From an uncultured Gemmatimonadaceae bacterium (GTDB lineage Bacteria; Gemmatimonadota; Gemmatimonadetes; Gemmatimonadales; Gemmatimonadaceae): 64,000 nt of DNA. The translations under genes and the position numbers were made by a program. Location: positions 608,001 to 672,000 of the forward strand of contig CAWBOC010000005.1 of NCBI GenBank assembly GCA_963790305.1. Direction: 5' to 3'. This document shows positions 28,273 through 39,116 of this stretch, in pieces. The notes under the pieces were generated by a model. It was not told the DNA's origin, made no database searches, and saw only the letters and a list, made by a program, of their open reading frames with translations. Each line of letters opens with the position of its first letter. Positions within the stretch are counted from its first letter, which is position 1.

Positions 28273-30831
28273 ATGCGTCACCTTGTCGCCTTCGCATCGT
28301 TGGCCGTCGTCGTCGCGGCCGCCGGGTGTCGTCCGTCGCCGTCGCCCACTCCTGCCCGCCGCGCCCCCGAGGGCGGCGCCGAAGCTGGGGCGACACCGGC
28401 CGACAGCGCACAGCCGTCTGGGGGCGCCGCCCGCCCTCCCGTTAGGCCCCAGCCCTATGCGCGCGTCATTACGAGCGACTTTACCACGCGGGCCGGCCTG
28501 TTCAAGGCGCACCGCCGCGGCGACCGACTGCTCTACGAGATTCCACGCGCGGAGCTCGGACGCGACTTCCTGCTGGTCACCCAGATTGCCCGCACCACCC
28601 TCGGCGTTGGCTATGGCGGGCAGGCGGTGAGCAATCGGGTGGTTCGCTGGGAGCGTCGCGACAACAAGGTTCTTCTGCGTACGGCCTCGTTCGACATCAT
28701 GGCCGACACGTCGCTGCCGATCTACCAGGCGGTGCAAGCCGCCAACTACAACCCCATCGTCGCGAGCTTCGACGTGCTCACGTACGGGCCGGACAGTGCT
28801 GCCGTCGTGGACGTGTCGCGATTGTTCACGAACCCGCCGCCGGAGCTTGGACCGGGCCAGCGCTTGCGTGGAGCCGCCGACGCGCAGCGGAGCTTCATCG
28901 AGCGAGTCGCCGCCTTCCCCGAGAACGTCGAGGTCGAGGCGACGCTGACGTACGCAGTTCCCGCACAGCAGCCGGGCCAGGGCACGCCCACACCGACGCC
29001 TGGACCGTTCGGCCAGGGGGGCGCGCAGCCCGGTGCCGCGAGCGTGCTCATGCACTGGAGTATGGTCCGTTTGCCGACGGCCCCAATGAAGCCGCGGCTG
29101 CACGACGAGCGCGTGGGATATTTCAGTATTCGCCAGCAGGACTACGGACGCGCAGACCAGCGTGCCGCGATGCGCCGCTACATCACGCGGTGGCGTCTCG
29201 AGTGCAGCGAGCGTCGCGTCGACTCGCTCTGCTATCCGGTGAAGCCGATCGTTTACTACGTCGACCCGGCGACACCGAGGCAGTGGGTGCCGTATGTGAA
29301 GCGCGGTGTGGAGGACTGGCAGCGTGCATTCGAGGCAGCGGGCTTCAAGGAGGCGATCCTCGCGAAGGAGGCGCCCTCGCCGTCGGAGGACCCGGACTGG
29401 TCGGCGGAGGACGCGCGCTATTCGGTGATTCGCTGGCTGCCGTCGACGATCGAGAACGCGTCGGGCCCGCACATCCACGACCCGCGGACGGGGGAGATCA
29501 TCGAGTCGGACATCCAGTTCTACCACAATGTCCAGCAGCTGCTGACGACCTGGTACTGGGTGCAGGTGGGCCACCTCGACCCTCGCGCGGACCGGCTGCC
29601 GCTGCCCGACACGCTGATGGGACGCCTGCTGCAGTACGTCGTGGCCCACGAAGTCGGCCACACGTTAGGCTATCCGCACAACATGAAGGCGAGCTCGCTG
29701 TATCCCGCCGACAGCGTCCGAAGCCGCAGCTTCGTCGCGCGCTGGGGACACACGCCGACGCTGATGGATTACTCGCGCTTCAACTACGTCGCGCAGCCGG
29801 AGGATTCGATTCCCCTCGGGAATCTCATTCCCGACATCGGACCATACGACAAGTTCGTCACAATGTGGGGATACAAGCCAATCCCCGGCGCGAACACGCC
29901 CGACGACGAGCGCGAGACGCTCGATCGCTGGGCGCGCATGCAGGACACGGTGCCCTGGTTCCGCTTCTCGACGTCGAACTCGGTGGGATCCGACCCAGGG
30001 GAGAACACGGAAGCGGTGGGCGATGCCGACGCCGTACGGTCGACGACGCTCGGCCTGCGCAACATCAAGCGCCTCGTGCCGAAGCTGATCCCCGCCACGC
30101 AGCGCCCGCTGGAAGGATATGCCGATCTCCAGCTGCTCTACGATCGCCTGATCAACCAGTGGGTGCTGGAGCTGGGCCACGTCGCATCGGTCGTCGGCGG
30201 TGCCGATACGCGTGAGAAGACGACCAGCCAGGACGGCGTGCGCTTCACGCCGCTTCCACGAGCGCGACAGCAGGAGGCGGTGCGGTTTCTCAACGAGAAT
30301 GCCTTCCGCACGCCCGCGTACTTCCTCGACGAGCAAATTCTGCGGCGCATCGAGGTGGAAGGCGCGCTGGACCGAATCCGTACCGCGCAAACCCGCGTGC
30401 TCTCCCGTTTACTGGACGACTCACGGATGGACCGCATGATCGAGTTCGAGGCGCTGGCCGCGAACGGGCGGGATGTGTACCCTCTCGCCGACATGCTGGT
30501 GGATGTTCGCCGGGGAATCTGGTCCGAGGTCTCGTCAGGCGCCGAGATCGACGCGGTGCGGAGGAATCTGCAGCGCGCATACCTCGAGCTCTTCGATGCG
30601 AAGCTCAACCCGCCAGCGCCGAGGATCGCCCCCACTGGCCAGGGTGGTCCGGTGGTGATCCTGCCGGGCTCCCGGCAGTCGTCCGACGCGCGCGCTCTCT
30701 TGCGTGGGGAGCTCTCGGCTCTGGACACGCAGATTGCGGGAGTGCTGCCGCGGGTCCGGGATCGGGTGACGAGGTATCATCTCATGGATGTGAGGCATGA
30801 GATTCGGCGGATTCTCGATCCAGAGCGCTAA
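28273..30831 (+). CDS. Zinc-dependent metalloprotease lipoprotein (DUF5118/DUF5117/DUF4953)
   Basis: Lipobox AAGC, DERVGYF, KPIVYY, DPRTGEI, HEVGHTLGYPHNM, TLMDY. Confidence 0.92.
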   Translation: MRHLVAFASLAVVVAAAGCRPSPSPTPARRAPEGGAEAGATPADSAQPSGGAARPPVRPQPYARVITSDFTTRAGLFKAHRRGDRLLYEIPRAELGRDFLLVTQIARTTLGVGYGGQAVSNRVVRWERRDNKVLLRTASFDIMADTSLPIYQAVQAANYNPIVASFDVLTYGPDSAAVVDVSRLFTNPPPELGPGQRLRGAADAQRSFIERVAAFPENVEVEATLTYAVPAQQPGQGTPTPTPGPFGQGGAQPGAASVLMHWSMVRLPTAPMKPRLHDERVGYFSIRQQDYGRADQRAAMRRYITRWRLECSERRVDSLCYPVKPIVYYVDPATPRQWVPYVKRGVEDWQRAFEAAGFKEAILAKEAPSPSEDPDWSAEDARYSVIRWLPSTIENASGPHIHDPRTGEIIESDIQFYHNVQQLLTTWYWVQVGHLDPRADRLPLPDTLMGRLLQYVVAHEVGHTLGYPHNMKASSLYPADSVRSRSFVARWGHTPTLMDYSRFNYVAQPEDSIPLGNLIPDIGPYDKFVTMWGYKPIPGANTPDDERETLDRWARMQDTVPWFRFSTSNSVGSDPGENTEAVGDADAVRSTTLGLRNIKRLVPKLIPATQRPLEGYADLQLLYDRLINQWVLELGHVASVVGGADTREKTTSQDGVRFTPLPRARQQEAVRFLNENAFRTPAYFLDEQILRRIEVEGALDRIRTAQTRVLSRLLDDSRMDRMIEFEALAANGRDVYPLADMLVDVRRGIWSEVSSGAEIDAVRRNLQRAYLELFDAKLNPPAPRIAPTGQGGPVVILPGSRQSSDARALLRGELSALDTQIAGVLPRVRDRVTRYHLMDVRHEIRRILDPER

Positions 30832-30838
30832 GGGCCGA

Positions 30839-30942
30839 ACTGCATCACCACAGAGGCACAGAGGGCACAGAGAATGGCCAACTGCAAAGGCCTTTGCAGT
30901 TGGCCATTCTCTGTGCCCTCTGTGCCTCTGTGGTGATGCAGT
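30839..30942. repeat. Family E element; perfect 104-bp palindrome
   Basis: 52-bp arms are exact reverse complements about 30890/30891. Confidence 0.95.
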
Positions 30943-31394
30943 CATAGCACGACGCGCACAATGCCGTCCCGGAGCAGTTCAGTGTTGAAGTTCATGAGAA
31001 GACCGATCCGAAGTCGCGAGAGCTTGAGGTATGTAATGACCTGAGCTGTGTGAACTGGCGCTAGCCGCTCGATCGCCTTCAGCTCGACGAGAACGCGTTT
31101 CTCGACAACGAGATCAAGCCGATAGCCGGCGTCCACATGAACGCCCTTGTAAACAAGAGGAAGCGCTATCTCGCGCTCCATGCTCAGGCCCCGATGGTGA
31201 AGCTCCCAACACAAGCACTCCCGGTACGCCGACTCGAGCAGCCCTGGCCCGAGCTGCCGATGGACCTCTATCCCCGCGCCGATGATCTGGCCCGTGATGG
31301 AATCCCTCTGTGCGCTCTGTGCCTCTGTGGTTATGCTCTTGGCTCGTGCGTAGAGGACCCCAAGGGTGCTCGCTGGATATCGCGCCACCGTCAT
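30942..31394 (-). CDS. GxxExxY protein (PD-(D/E)XK nuclease superfamily)
   Basis: IIGAGIEVH, GPGLLESAY, YRLDLVVEKRVLVELKA, QVITYL, GLLMNF; start uncertain. Confidence 0.92.
   Translation of the reverse strand: MTVARYPASTLGVLYARAKSITTEAQSAQRDSITGQIIGAGIEVHRQLGPGLLESAYRECLCWELHHRGLSMEREIALPLVYKGVHVDAGYRLDLVVEKRVLVELKAIERLAPVHTAQVITYLKLSRLRIGLLMNFNTELLRDGIVRVVL
31305..31336 (-). repeat. Single family E arm at the 5' end of the GxxExxY gene
   Basis: GCATAACCACAGAGGCACAGAGCGCACAGAGG, read in frame as ITTEAQSAQR. Confidence 0.9.
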
Positions 31395-31424
31395 CAATCC
31401 AACTCACGAGGAATCCACGAGCCT

Positions 31425-32666
31425 ATGAATCGAATCGCGTCGATCCTCATTCTCCTCGTCTCCCTCGCGACCCTCTCCCACGCCCAGGCCACCCGTGCCC
31501 GCGACCTTGGCCTCGACTCCCTCATCGGTGGCGTACCGGGGCCACTCGATGCCATCACTGACGTTGCCGGGGTCGAGGTCGGGCACACCACGCTCATCTC
31601 GGGGAATGGGAAGCTCGTCGTGGGTCGCGGACCGGTGCGCACGGGGGTCACGGTCGTGCATCCACGCGGGCGCGCGAGCAGTGATCCAGTGTTCGGCGCC
31701 TGGTTCACGCTCAACGGGAACGGCGAGATGACGGGCACCACCTGGCTCGAGGAGAGTGGGGTTCTCGAAGGACCCATCGCCATCACCAACACGCACAGCG
31801 TCGGCGTCGTGCGCGACGCGATTCTTCAGTGGCAGGTGAGCCGCCCGGGACTACAGCCTTGGGGCCTGCCGGTGGTGGCCGAGACCTACGATGGTGGGCT
31901 CAATGACATCAACGGGTTTCACGTGAAGCCGGAGCACGTTCTGAGCGCGCTCGACGGGGCGCGCGGTGGTGCGGTGACCGAGGGAAATGTCGGTGGCGGC
32001 ACCGGGATGCGGTGTCACGGATTCAAGGGCGGGATCGGCACCGCATCACGCCGCGTCGATGCGCGCGCGGGTGGATGGACGGTCGGTGTTCTGGTGCAGT
32101 GCAACTACGGCGCTCGGCGCGAGCTCCGCGTGGCCGGCGTGCCGGTTGGGGAGGAGATTACCGATCTCATGTCGTGCATCGCGTCGGCGGACCAAAGCGT
32201 TCGGCCGGCGGTGCCGCGCTGCGAGGCGCGCACGACCGCACCACGCGAGGAGGATGACGGCGCCGGCTCGATCATCATCGTCATCGCCACCGATGCACCA
32301 CTGCTGCCGCACCAGCTCAAGCGGATCGTCACTCGAGCATCGCTGGCGGTGGGACGGATGGGTGGCAAGGGTGAGAACAGCTCGGGCGACATCTTCATCG
32401 CCTTTTCAACCGCCAACCCGCGCACCGCGGCCGATACCGGAATCGTTCCGACCGCGATGCTGCCTAACGCGCGCATCAACCCGCTCTTCTACGCGACCGT
32501 GCAGGCGACGGAGGAGGCCATCCTGAATGCGATGCTGGCCGCCGAGACCATGACGGGAGCAGATGATCTCCGCGTGCATGCCCTGCCGCACGACCGCCTG
32601 CTCGCCGCAATGCGGAAGTATGGCAGGGCGCCACGGCGGCGCTCGGGAACTACCGGCTCACCTTGA
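31425..32666 (+). CDS. dmpA: DmpA/P1 (S58) L-aminopeptidase/D-esterase
   Basis: RARDLG, AITDVAGVEVGH, EGNVGGGTGM, G-SII autocleavage site, SGDIFIAFST. Confidence 0.9.
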   Translation: MNRIASILILLVSLATLSHAQATRARDLGLDSLIGGVPGPLDAITDVAGVEVGHTTLISGNGKLVVGRGPVRTGVTVVHPRGRASSDPVFGAWFTLNGNGEMTGTTWLEESGVLEGPIAITNTHSVGVVRDAILQWQVSRPGLQPWGLPVVAETYDGGLNDINGFHVKPEHVLSALDGARGGAVTEGNVGGGTGMRCHGFKGGIGTASRRVDARAGGWTVGVLVQCNYGARRELRVAGVPVGEEITDLMSCIASADQSVRPAVPRCEARTTAPREEDDGAGSIIIVIATDAPLLPHQLKRIVTRASLAVGRMGGKGENSSGDIFIAFSTANPRTAADTGIVPTAMLPNARINPLFYATVQATEEAILNAMLAAETMTGADDLRVHALPHDRLLAAMRKYGRAPRRRSGTTGSP

Positions 32667-32817
32667 TCGGGATTTCCGCCGTCCACTGTGGAAAGGGCTC
32701 ATACTCCAGCCCTCCGCTACCAGCGGAGCCAAAGCGCGGAGCCGTGAACCAGCCCCACAGAGTGGTGAACCGAGCGCTGATCGCGCGCTTTACCGTGTTC
32801 TTTCGTTGGGATTTCAT
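32650..32817 (-). CDS. Small hypothetical protein (55 aa)
   Basis: GGAGG RBS; MKSQRKNTVKRAISARFTTLWGWFTAPRFGSAGSGGLEYEPFPQWTAEIPIKVSR*. Confidence 0.5.
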   Translation of the reverse strand: MKSQRKNTVKRAISARFTTLWGWFTAPRFGSAGSGGLEYEPFPQWTAEIPIKVSR

Positions 32818-32873
32818 AGTGCCTCCGAGTCGTCCTGTTAGCTAAACGACCGGGAGGCCCCGGGTGTTCCGCG

Positions 32874-34673
32874 TCACCGCATGGGAACAGGGGCACTCGG
32901 TCTCGAGACGCCGCTCTCGTCGAACGACTCGATGGCGACCCAATAGTCCTGGTCGACGGTGAGGGCACGCAGCTCGAGCGTCGTCGGGCGGTCGGCGAAA
33001 ACCTGGTACGTCTGGTAGAGCTTGTTGGGCCGGAGACCCCACAGGATGTTGTAGCCGGTCGCGCCTGGCACTCGTGCCCAACCGATGAACGCGTTACGAC
33101 GATCGGTATCGCGGCGAGCCGTTAGGCCGCGAGGCGTAGCGGGGCCGCGTCCGTCGCCGTTGCCGAAGACGCGGATGTCGCCGATGGCGAGGTTCGCCCC
33201 ACCGACGTAACCATGCTCGTATCGGATGTAGCGTGCGCGCACGGGCGTTGGGAGCTCAATGTACGCGTTCGGCCGGTCGCGCGTCTCCGCGCTCAGGTCG
33301 GCGATCGTCTCCCACGCTCGCCCATCACGCGACGCGCGCATGCGGAATCGCGTGTACACCGTCGAGTCGTTGGCGAAGAGGCCGGCCTGATAGTCGATGT
33401 AGTTCACCTGCACCGCCTTCACCGTGTACTCGCGCTGGAGATCGATCTGGAGCCACTCGCTTGGCGCGGTCGACCGGGCGACCCAGAAGCTCTGGCGGTT
33501 CTCGTCCGTGATGTTCGAGGCAGGGAAGGTGTCGCGCACCGACGAGGCCGTGACCGGCTTGCGATACGACAGCAGCATCCACCCCGTGAACAGCTCGTCC
33601 TTGTTCGTCCACCTTCGCGTTGGCACATAATGAGGAAAGTCGCCGAAGCGCGTGTTGGCGAACATCTGCCCGTCAGCATCGAAGCCGGTGGGGAACATCG
33701 AGACGCGACGCTCGAACGTCCAGTTCACCGCCAGCCATGGCGTGCCTGTATTCCAGAAGTTGCCGTAGTTGTCCTGGAACGTGCTGCCGTGGCCAGCGCC
33801 GGTCATGAAGCCGCCCGGCTTGTACGCGACCGGATTGTAGGGCGCGTACGTGAACGGACCTAACGGGTCGTCGCCGACGTAGGTGCCGTTCGCGTAGACG
33901 TTGTACTCGGTGCCGGGTGCTCCGTACTGGAGGTAGTACTTCCCACCGTACTTCGTCATCCAGGCGCCTTCGAGGTACGGTCGAATGGTGTCGCGGTGAT
34001 CCTGCCCGAACCGTTCCCACCCATGCCGTGCCGGGTCGAGGGTGAAGAGCGGTTTGGGATCGCCGATGAAGGTGAGCCGCCTGCTCTTATCGAGCTCGAT
34101 GGCGTACAGGGGATACACGTTCGACGATCCCCAGTACAGGTACCACTTCTCGGAGTCTGGATCGTGAAAAATCGCGGGGTCCCACGGTCCGGGCGGCACC
34201 GAGCCGGGAGGTCCAGGCGGCGGCTCCCAGCTGGGCATCATCTTCGGAAGCCGAGGGAGCATCCGGTTGTAGAACTCGAGCCGGCCGGTCGCGGGCGCGG
34301 TCGAGAACAGGATGGGTCGCGGCTCGAACATCGACTGCATGAGGTACAGCGTGTCGCGGACCGACAACGCCGCTGGCGCCACCACGTTCTCGAATGGCCA
34401 GCGGCTCGGCGTCACGAAGCGCCAGTGCAGCAGATCCTTCGAGTGCCAGTACCCGTCCGAGACGGTCATGAACAGGAAATACTCCCCGCCATGGTTCACG
34501 ATCACGGGGTCAGCGCCCTGCCGGAAGGAGATGCCCTGATTGTGCTGCTCGAAGTTGTACCGGTAGTCGACGTCGATCGGGTTCGCGTACGTGCGAATGC
34601 CCGCCGTTTGGGCGCGCAGCGGAATCGCCGCGAAAAACAGGCAGACGACTGCAATCTTGTGTCGGAGGCGCAT
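32874..34673 (-). CDS. GH43 glycoside hydrolase with F5/8 type C and FN3-like domains
   Basis: Signal peptide, ADPVIV, WDPAIF, LEGAWM, GAGHGS; EWLQIDL, ARYIR. Confidence 0.88.
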   Translation of the reverse strand: MRLRHKIAVVCLFFAAIPLRAQTAGIRTYANPIDVDYRYNFEQHNQGISFRQGADPVIVNHGGEYFLFMTVSDGYWHSKDLLHWRFVTPSRWPFENVVAPAALSVRDTLYLMQSMFEPRPILFSTAPATGRLEFYNRMLPRLPKMMPSWEPPPGPPGSVPPGPWDPAIFHDPDSEKWYLYWGSSNVYPLYAIELDKSRRLTFIGDPKPLFTLDPARHGWERFGQDHRDTIRPYLEGAWMTKYGGKYYLQYGAPGTEYNVYANGTYVGDDPLGPFTYAPYNPVAYKPGGFMTGAGHGSTFQDNYGNFWNTGTPWLAVNWTFERRVSMFPTGFDADGQMFANTRFGDFPHYVPTRRWTNKDELFTGWMLLSYRKPVTASSVRDTFPASNITDENRQSFWVARSTAPSEWLQIDLQREYTVKAVQVNYIDYQAGLFANDSTVYTRFRMRASRDGRAWETIADLSAETRDRPNAYIELPTPVRARYIRYEHGYVGGANLAIGDIRVFGNGDGRGPATPRGLTARRDTDRRNAFIGWARVPGATGYNILWGLRPNKLYQTYQVFADRPTTLELRALTVDQDYWVAIESFDESGVSRPSAPVPMR

Positions 34674-34810
34674 GTCTTCTGCAAGCAACACGTGGACTAT
34701 TCGCAGACGCGGGTGGACCCTTAGACCCGCCTTAAGACAACGTCCGGGCGGGTGAGGTTGGCAAGATGTCAAGCTGCGCGTTTACAACACGAGGGACGCT
34801 CGGGGGGAGA

Positions 34811-35774
34811 ATGACGCTGATTGGATACCACGCCTCGCACGAGCAGTATCCGCCGAGCGAGCTGCTAGCGTACGTGCGCGCTGCCGACGCCGCGGGCTTC
34901 CAGGGTGTCATGTGCGCCGACCACTTTCATCCATGGTTGGAGGAGAACGGCCACAGCGGGTTCGCGTGGTCGTGGCTCGGCGCTGCGCTCCAGGCGACGT
35001 CGTTCCCGTTCGGCGTGGTGAACGCGCCGGGCGACCGCTATCACCCCGCGATCATCGCGCAGGCCGCCGCAACGCTCGCCGAGATGTTCCCGGGGCGCTT
35101 CTGGATGGCTGCCGGGAGTGGGGAGGCGCTCAACGAGCACATCACCGGCAACCGCTGGCCGCCGAAGCCCGAACGGAATGAGCGCCTCCGGGAGTGCGTC
35201 GACATCATGCGCGCGCTCTGGCGCGGCGAGACAGTCACGCACTACGGGCGTGTCACCGTCGAAGAATGCCTTCCTCTACTCTCGCCCCCAGGAGCCGCCT
35301 CGTCTCGTCGGCGCAGCCATCTCGGAGCCGACCGCGGAATGGCTCGGCGGGTGGGCGGATGGCCTCATCACGACGGGCCGACCGAGGGAGGGGATGGACC
35401 GGATGATCGAAGCGTTCCACCGCGGCGGGGGTGAGGGGAAGCCGATCATCGTGCAGCATGGTTTGTCGTGGGCACCGCGCGAAGCGGACGCGCTCCGGCA
35501 CGCGCACGAGCAGTGGCGCTTCAGCACGCTGGCGGGCGACGTGCTCTGGACGCTTCGGATGCCGGACGAGTTCCGCTCCGCCTCGCAGTTCGTGACGCCC
35601 GACGATGTGGCTCGCACCATTCGCGTTTCCTCGGATGTGGAGCGCCACGTGGCGTGGATCAATGAATACGTTGAAGCCGGTGTAAACGAAGTGTATTGCT
35701 TCAATGTCGGGAAGAATCAGCGGGAGTTCATCGACCTGTTCGGGGGTCGCGCGCTACCGGCGCTGCGACACTGA
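34811..35774 (+). CDS. LLM-class oxidoreductase, G6PDH-like (frameshift at ~35267)
   Basis: IGYHASHEQ, DHFHPW, RYHPAIIAQA, GSGEALNE; extra T in GAAGAA-T-GCC joins the two ORFs. Confidence 0.88.
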
Positions 35775-35858
35775 TCAGGCGCCGAGCAACCATTCACTGC
35801 TTGCTGACATCTAAGAGAGGGCCCGTTGGAAACAACGCGATGCGCCATGACGTAGCGA

Positions 35859-38800
35859 GTGAAGATCGCTGATCCGGCCGAGGTCCCTGTGAGCCGCACC
35901 TGGTCATTCGAGTCAGACCGTCAGAAGAAGGGTGCGCGCCTCACACTGCTTCTCGTCATCGCGCTCGCTGCGCTCGCCGTGTGGAAGCCGACGTGGCAGT
36001 GGTTTCCCATCGGCCTCGTCTTCCTCCTCCTCCTTGCCCTGTGCGTCGCCATCGCTCCGGTCCGACGGCGCTTCTTTCCCGGTCATCCCGTTGTGCCGTG
36101 GAGCCTGCTCGTCGCGACGTCGTGGGTGTTCGTCATCCACAGCTACTACGTCGAGCTGCGCCGGCAGCGCAGTGAGCGCCTCGAGCTGCTTGGTGTTCAG
36201 CTGCCAGGATCGCAAACCCGCGCGCTCACGGTCGGCGTCGACGATTCGCTCGACGTACGCCTCGAGCGCGCGACAGATCCGACGATCCGCTGGCGCCTGG
36301 CGCTTGCGCTCACCCCCGACGGCAAGATCGGCGTCAAGGAAATGCGCGGCATCGACGCGTTGCAGCAGCAGGAGCGGCTGACCTCGCCCGCATCGCGCTT
36401 CTTCGACTGGTTAGGCATCCGGCGGCGCGAATGGCCCCACGTGTGGGGCGCCGAGCTGAGTGAGCGCGCGCCGCAGGTTCGACTCTCGCCGGAGCATCGC
36501 TTCGCGTTCCAGCGGATCGATGGCCGGCCGGTTCTCGTCTGGAATCGCGTGCGACTCCCGCTGCTCCAGGAAGAGAACGGCGATCCGGCGATCGAGGTGC
36601 GAAATCGCCGCATGCTCGCAAGGCTCCGCGGCGGCGTGCGTATCGCGGAGCTTCCATGGCCGATCCTGCCCGATCCGCTCCTGGCACCGCAGCTCGCGGT
36701 CACGCTCGTCTCGCAGCCGCGGGAAAAGCTGGGGTGGACAGACCCGTTCGGGCTCCTTCCTCAATGGGAATTCCGCCTCACGTCCACCCGTAGCGCGCTC
36801 CCAGTGCTCGAGCGCGGCGATTCGCTCCGGGTGCGAGCGGGAGGAGCGCACTGGGTGCTGGCGGTCGACGCCCGCCGTCGCACCGCCTACGGCGCGAGCG
36901 ACATCACCGTCGGGTTCGGTCGCGGACCGAGCCCTCGGCTCGGCTGGCTTCCGGCGAATGAGGTGTGCAGACCGATCGACCGGTGCACGCTCATCAGCAG
37001 CCGGTCGCTTCCGCCGACGATTCCTCACTTCGACATTGCCGGCTTCGGTCTCGATACGTCGCGGTTCTCCTTCCTCGCCCGCGTGTCGGCCGTCGGCGAC
37101 CGATACGTCGTCATCACGCCGGAACGCGAATACGCGGCCGCCACCGGCGAGGAGCTGCTCGTGCCGGCGCGCGCGTCAGGCCGTGATCAGGGGTGGTACC
37201 GCTTCCGCGTCTTCAAGATGGAGAGCGGGGAGCTCGCCTCACTTCTGCTCACCCTCGCTGGTCTGGCGCTCATGATGGCCGGCGCGGGGGTGCTCATCGC
37301 CCGCTCCGGCCGCGTACGAGATCTGCTCGAGCGGGACACGGTAGCGGTGAACGCGGCGTGGGCGATTGCCAGTCTCGCCGTCGTGTTGCTCGGGGTTCGG
37401 CTCGCGCTGGGCTACCGGGTGAGCTATGCCGCCCCGTATCACGCGCGGGGAGCGGATACCGCCGTCGGGCTCTGGGTGGTTCTGATCGTGACGACGACAG
37501 CGCTCCTGCGCTGGGATGCGTGGGGCTCTCGGGTGCTCGACGGCCTCTACCGGCTCGAGCGCAGTATGCGGATCCGCACGCGCGTCACCGCGCTCGCCGT
37601 GGTTCCCCGCGTGCGATGGGCCAGTGTCCTGCCGCGCTCGTCAGGCTCGTGGAAGGGGTGGCTCCCCCTCCTCGCCGGCGTGACACTCGTTATGTACCAG
37701 CGCCCGGGTACCTTTGCTGGAGCTGGTGGCGTCATCTCGCTGACGTTGCTGGCGTGGGTCCTGGTCGAGTATCTCACGGCCCAGCGGAAGACACGCCGGA
37801 CCATCGACACGGCAGGTACGGTGTTGTCGTCCGAGGACCTGGAGTATGACCGGGCCCGGTGGGCGGCGCTCGCGTTGATCACCTTCGGCATTCCGCTCAG
37901 CGTCCTGGTGCGCGATGTCGCGCTCGTCATGACGATCGCGATCACCGCGGTGCTGTTGATCGCGATCGTGGTCACGCAGGTCATCACCCGGCTCGACTCA
38001 CGCGCCCAGGCCGTCTCGTTAGAGGGCGGAGAGGGGACACCGTCCCGGTGGGGCGCGGTCACGATGGTGCTGCTGTTGCTGACGGCGCTCAACCTCGCGA
38101 TGCTCTGGGTCGAGGGCCCGACGCTCCTCTTCGTCGGCGTATTCTTTCTCTTTCTGCTCGCGGTGCGCCTCGGCCATCACCTTGGCGCCTCGCTCACTCG
38201 GCTTCACATCGCGCGCGCGCTCACCGTCGCCAGCGTGCTCCTGGCGGCGATGTTTCTCGTCGTGTCGATCGACTTCGGCCTCGTTCTCGTGGTCGGGCTG
38301 CCGCTGCTCGTAACGCTCCTGCTGTCGGTGGGGATCGATCGCGTCCCGACTCGACTCGCCGTGGTCGCCGGCGGGCTGGCTGTGGTCGGGGGCATTCTCG
38401 CGTGGCCGGCGCTGTCCCCTGACACGGATCGGCTGTCGGCCGAGCAGACGCCTCACGAGACCGACGCGGCGTTCGCATCGCTGGGCGGCCCGCTCCGTCA
38501 CGTGCCGGGCTTCGCCGATCCGGTGAGGCGATCGGTCGTTCGCGGCCTCGCCGCGTTCCATCCCGACCTGCTCGAACGCGTCCTCGCGCGCGCAGGACCA
38601 AGCCCGGCCCGAGAGGAGATCGTGCCAGCGCTGGAACAGGTCTGGGGAGGACGCGCGTATTCGGCCAGCGGCCTCGCCGGACACGGATTGGCCGGGCCAA
38701 CCGTGATCGGTCGTGGCGTGCCGGCCGCCGTGTCGGACGCGGAGAACGCCTTCTCCGTCTACCTCATTGCCGAGCACGGATTCCTGGGAGGTCTGGCGGT

Positions 38801-39116
38801 GCTCGCGGCGTACATCGTCATGGCGATCGTGCCGCTGGTGGTGCTGTGGTCGATCTATCGCGGGTCGCCTGACGTGAACCGCCCCGACGACACCGCGATC
38901 GCCGTGCTCGTCGGCGGCATTCTCCTGATCACGGTTCCCGCGGTCTACGTCGCCGCGTCCAACCTGGCGATGGTGCCGCTCACCGGGCAGAACATGCCCT
39001 TCCTCGGGCTGAATGCATGGAGTGACGTCACGTTCGTGGGCGGAATCATTACCGCCATTCTCGCGGTGCTGCTCGACACGTCGCTCGTCACGGACAATCG
39101 GGAGCGAGTCGCATGA
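35859..39116 (+). CDS. Very large, divergent SEDS (FtsW/RodA-like) membrane protein
   Basis: Many TM segments; DFG, GLAGHG, IAEHGFLG, SNLAMVPLTGQNMPFLG. Confidence 0.75.
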   Translation: MKIADPAEVPVSRTWSFESDRQKKGARLTLLLVIALAALAVWKPTWQWFPIGLVFLLLLALCVAIAPVRRRFFPGHPVVPWSLLVATSWVFVIHSYYVELRRQRSERLELLGVQLPGSQTRALTVGVDDSLDVRLERATDPTIRWRLALALTPDGKIGVKEMRGIDALQQQERLTSPASRFFDWLGIRRREWPHVWGAELSERAPQVRLSPEHRFAFQRIDGRPVLVWNRVRLPLLQEENGDPAIEVRNRRMLARLRGGVRIAELPWPILPDPLLAPQLAVTLVSQPREKLGWTDPFGLLPQWEFRLTSTRSALPVLERGDSLRVRAGGAHWVLAVDARRRTAYGASDITVGFGRGPSPRLGWLPANEVCRPIDRCTLISSRSLPPTIPHFDIAGFGLDTSRFSFLARVSAVGDRYVVITPEREYAAATGEELLVPARASGRDQGWYRFRVFKMESGELASLLLTLAGLALMMAGAGVLIARSGRVRDLLERDTVAVNAAWAIASLAVVLLGVRLALGYRVSYAAPYHARGADTAVGLWVVLIVTTTALLRWDAWGSRVLDGLYRLERSMRIRTRVTALAVVPRVRWASVLPRSSGSWKGWLPLLAGVTLVMYQRPGTFAGAGGVISLTLLAWVLVEYLTAQRKTRRTIDTAGTVLSSEDLEYDRARWAALALITFGIPLSVLVRDVALVMTIAITAVLLIAIVVTQVITRLDSRAQAVSLEGGEGTPSRWGAVTMVLLLLTALNLAMLWVEGPTLLFVGVFFLFLLAVRLGHHLGASLTRLHIARALTVASVLLAAMFLVVSIDFGLVLVVGLPLLVTLLLSVGIDRVPTRLAVVAGGLAVVGGILAWPALSPDTDRLSAEQTPHETDAAFASLGGPLRHVPGFADPVRRSVVRGLAAFHPDLLERVLARAGPSPAREEIVPALEQVWGGRAYSASGLAGHGLAGPTVIGRGVPAAVSDAENAFSVYLIAEHGFLGGLAVLAAYIVMAIVPLVVLWSIYRGSPDVNRPDDTAIAVLVGGILLITVPAVYVAASNLAMVPLTGQNMPFLGLNAWSDVTFVGGIITAILAVLLDTSLVTDNRERVA

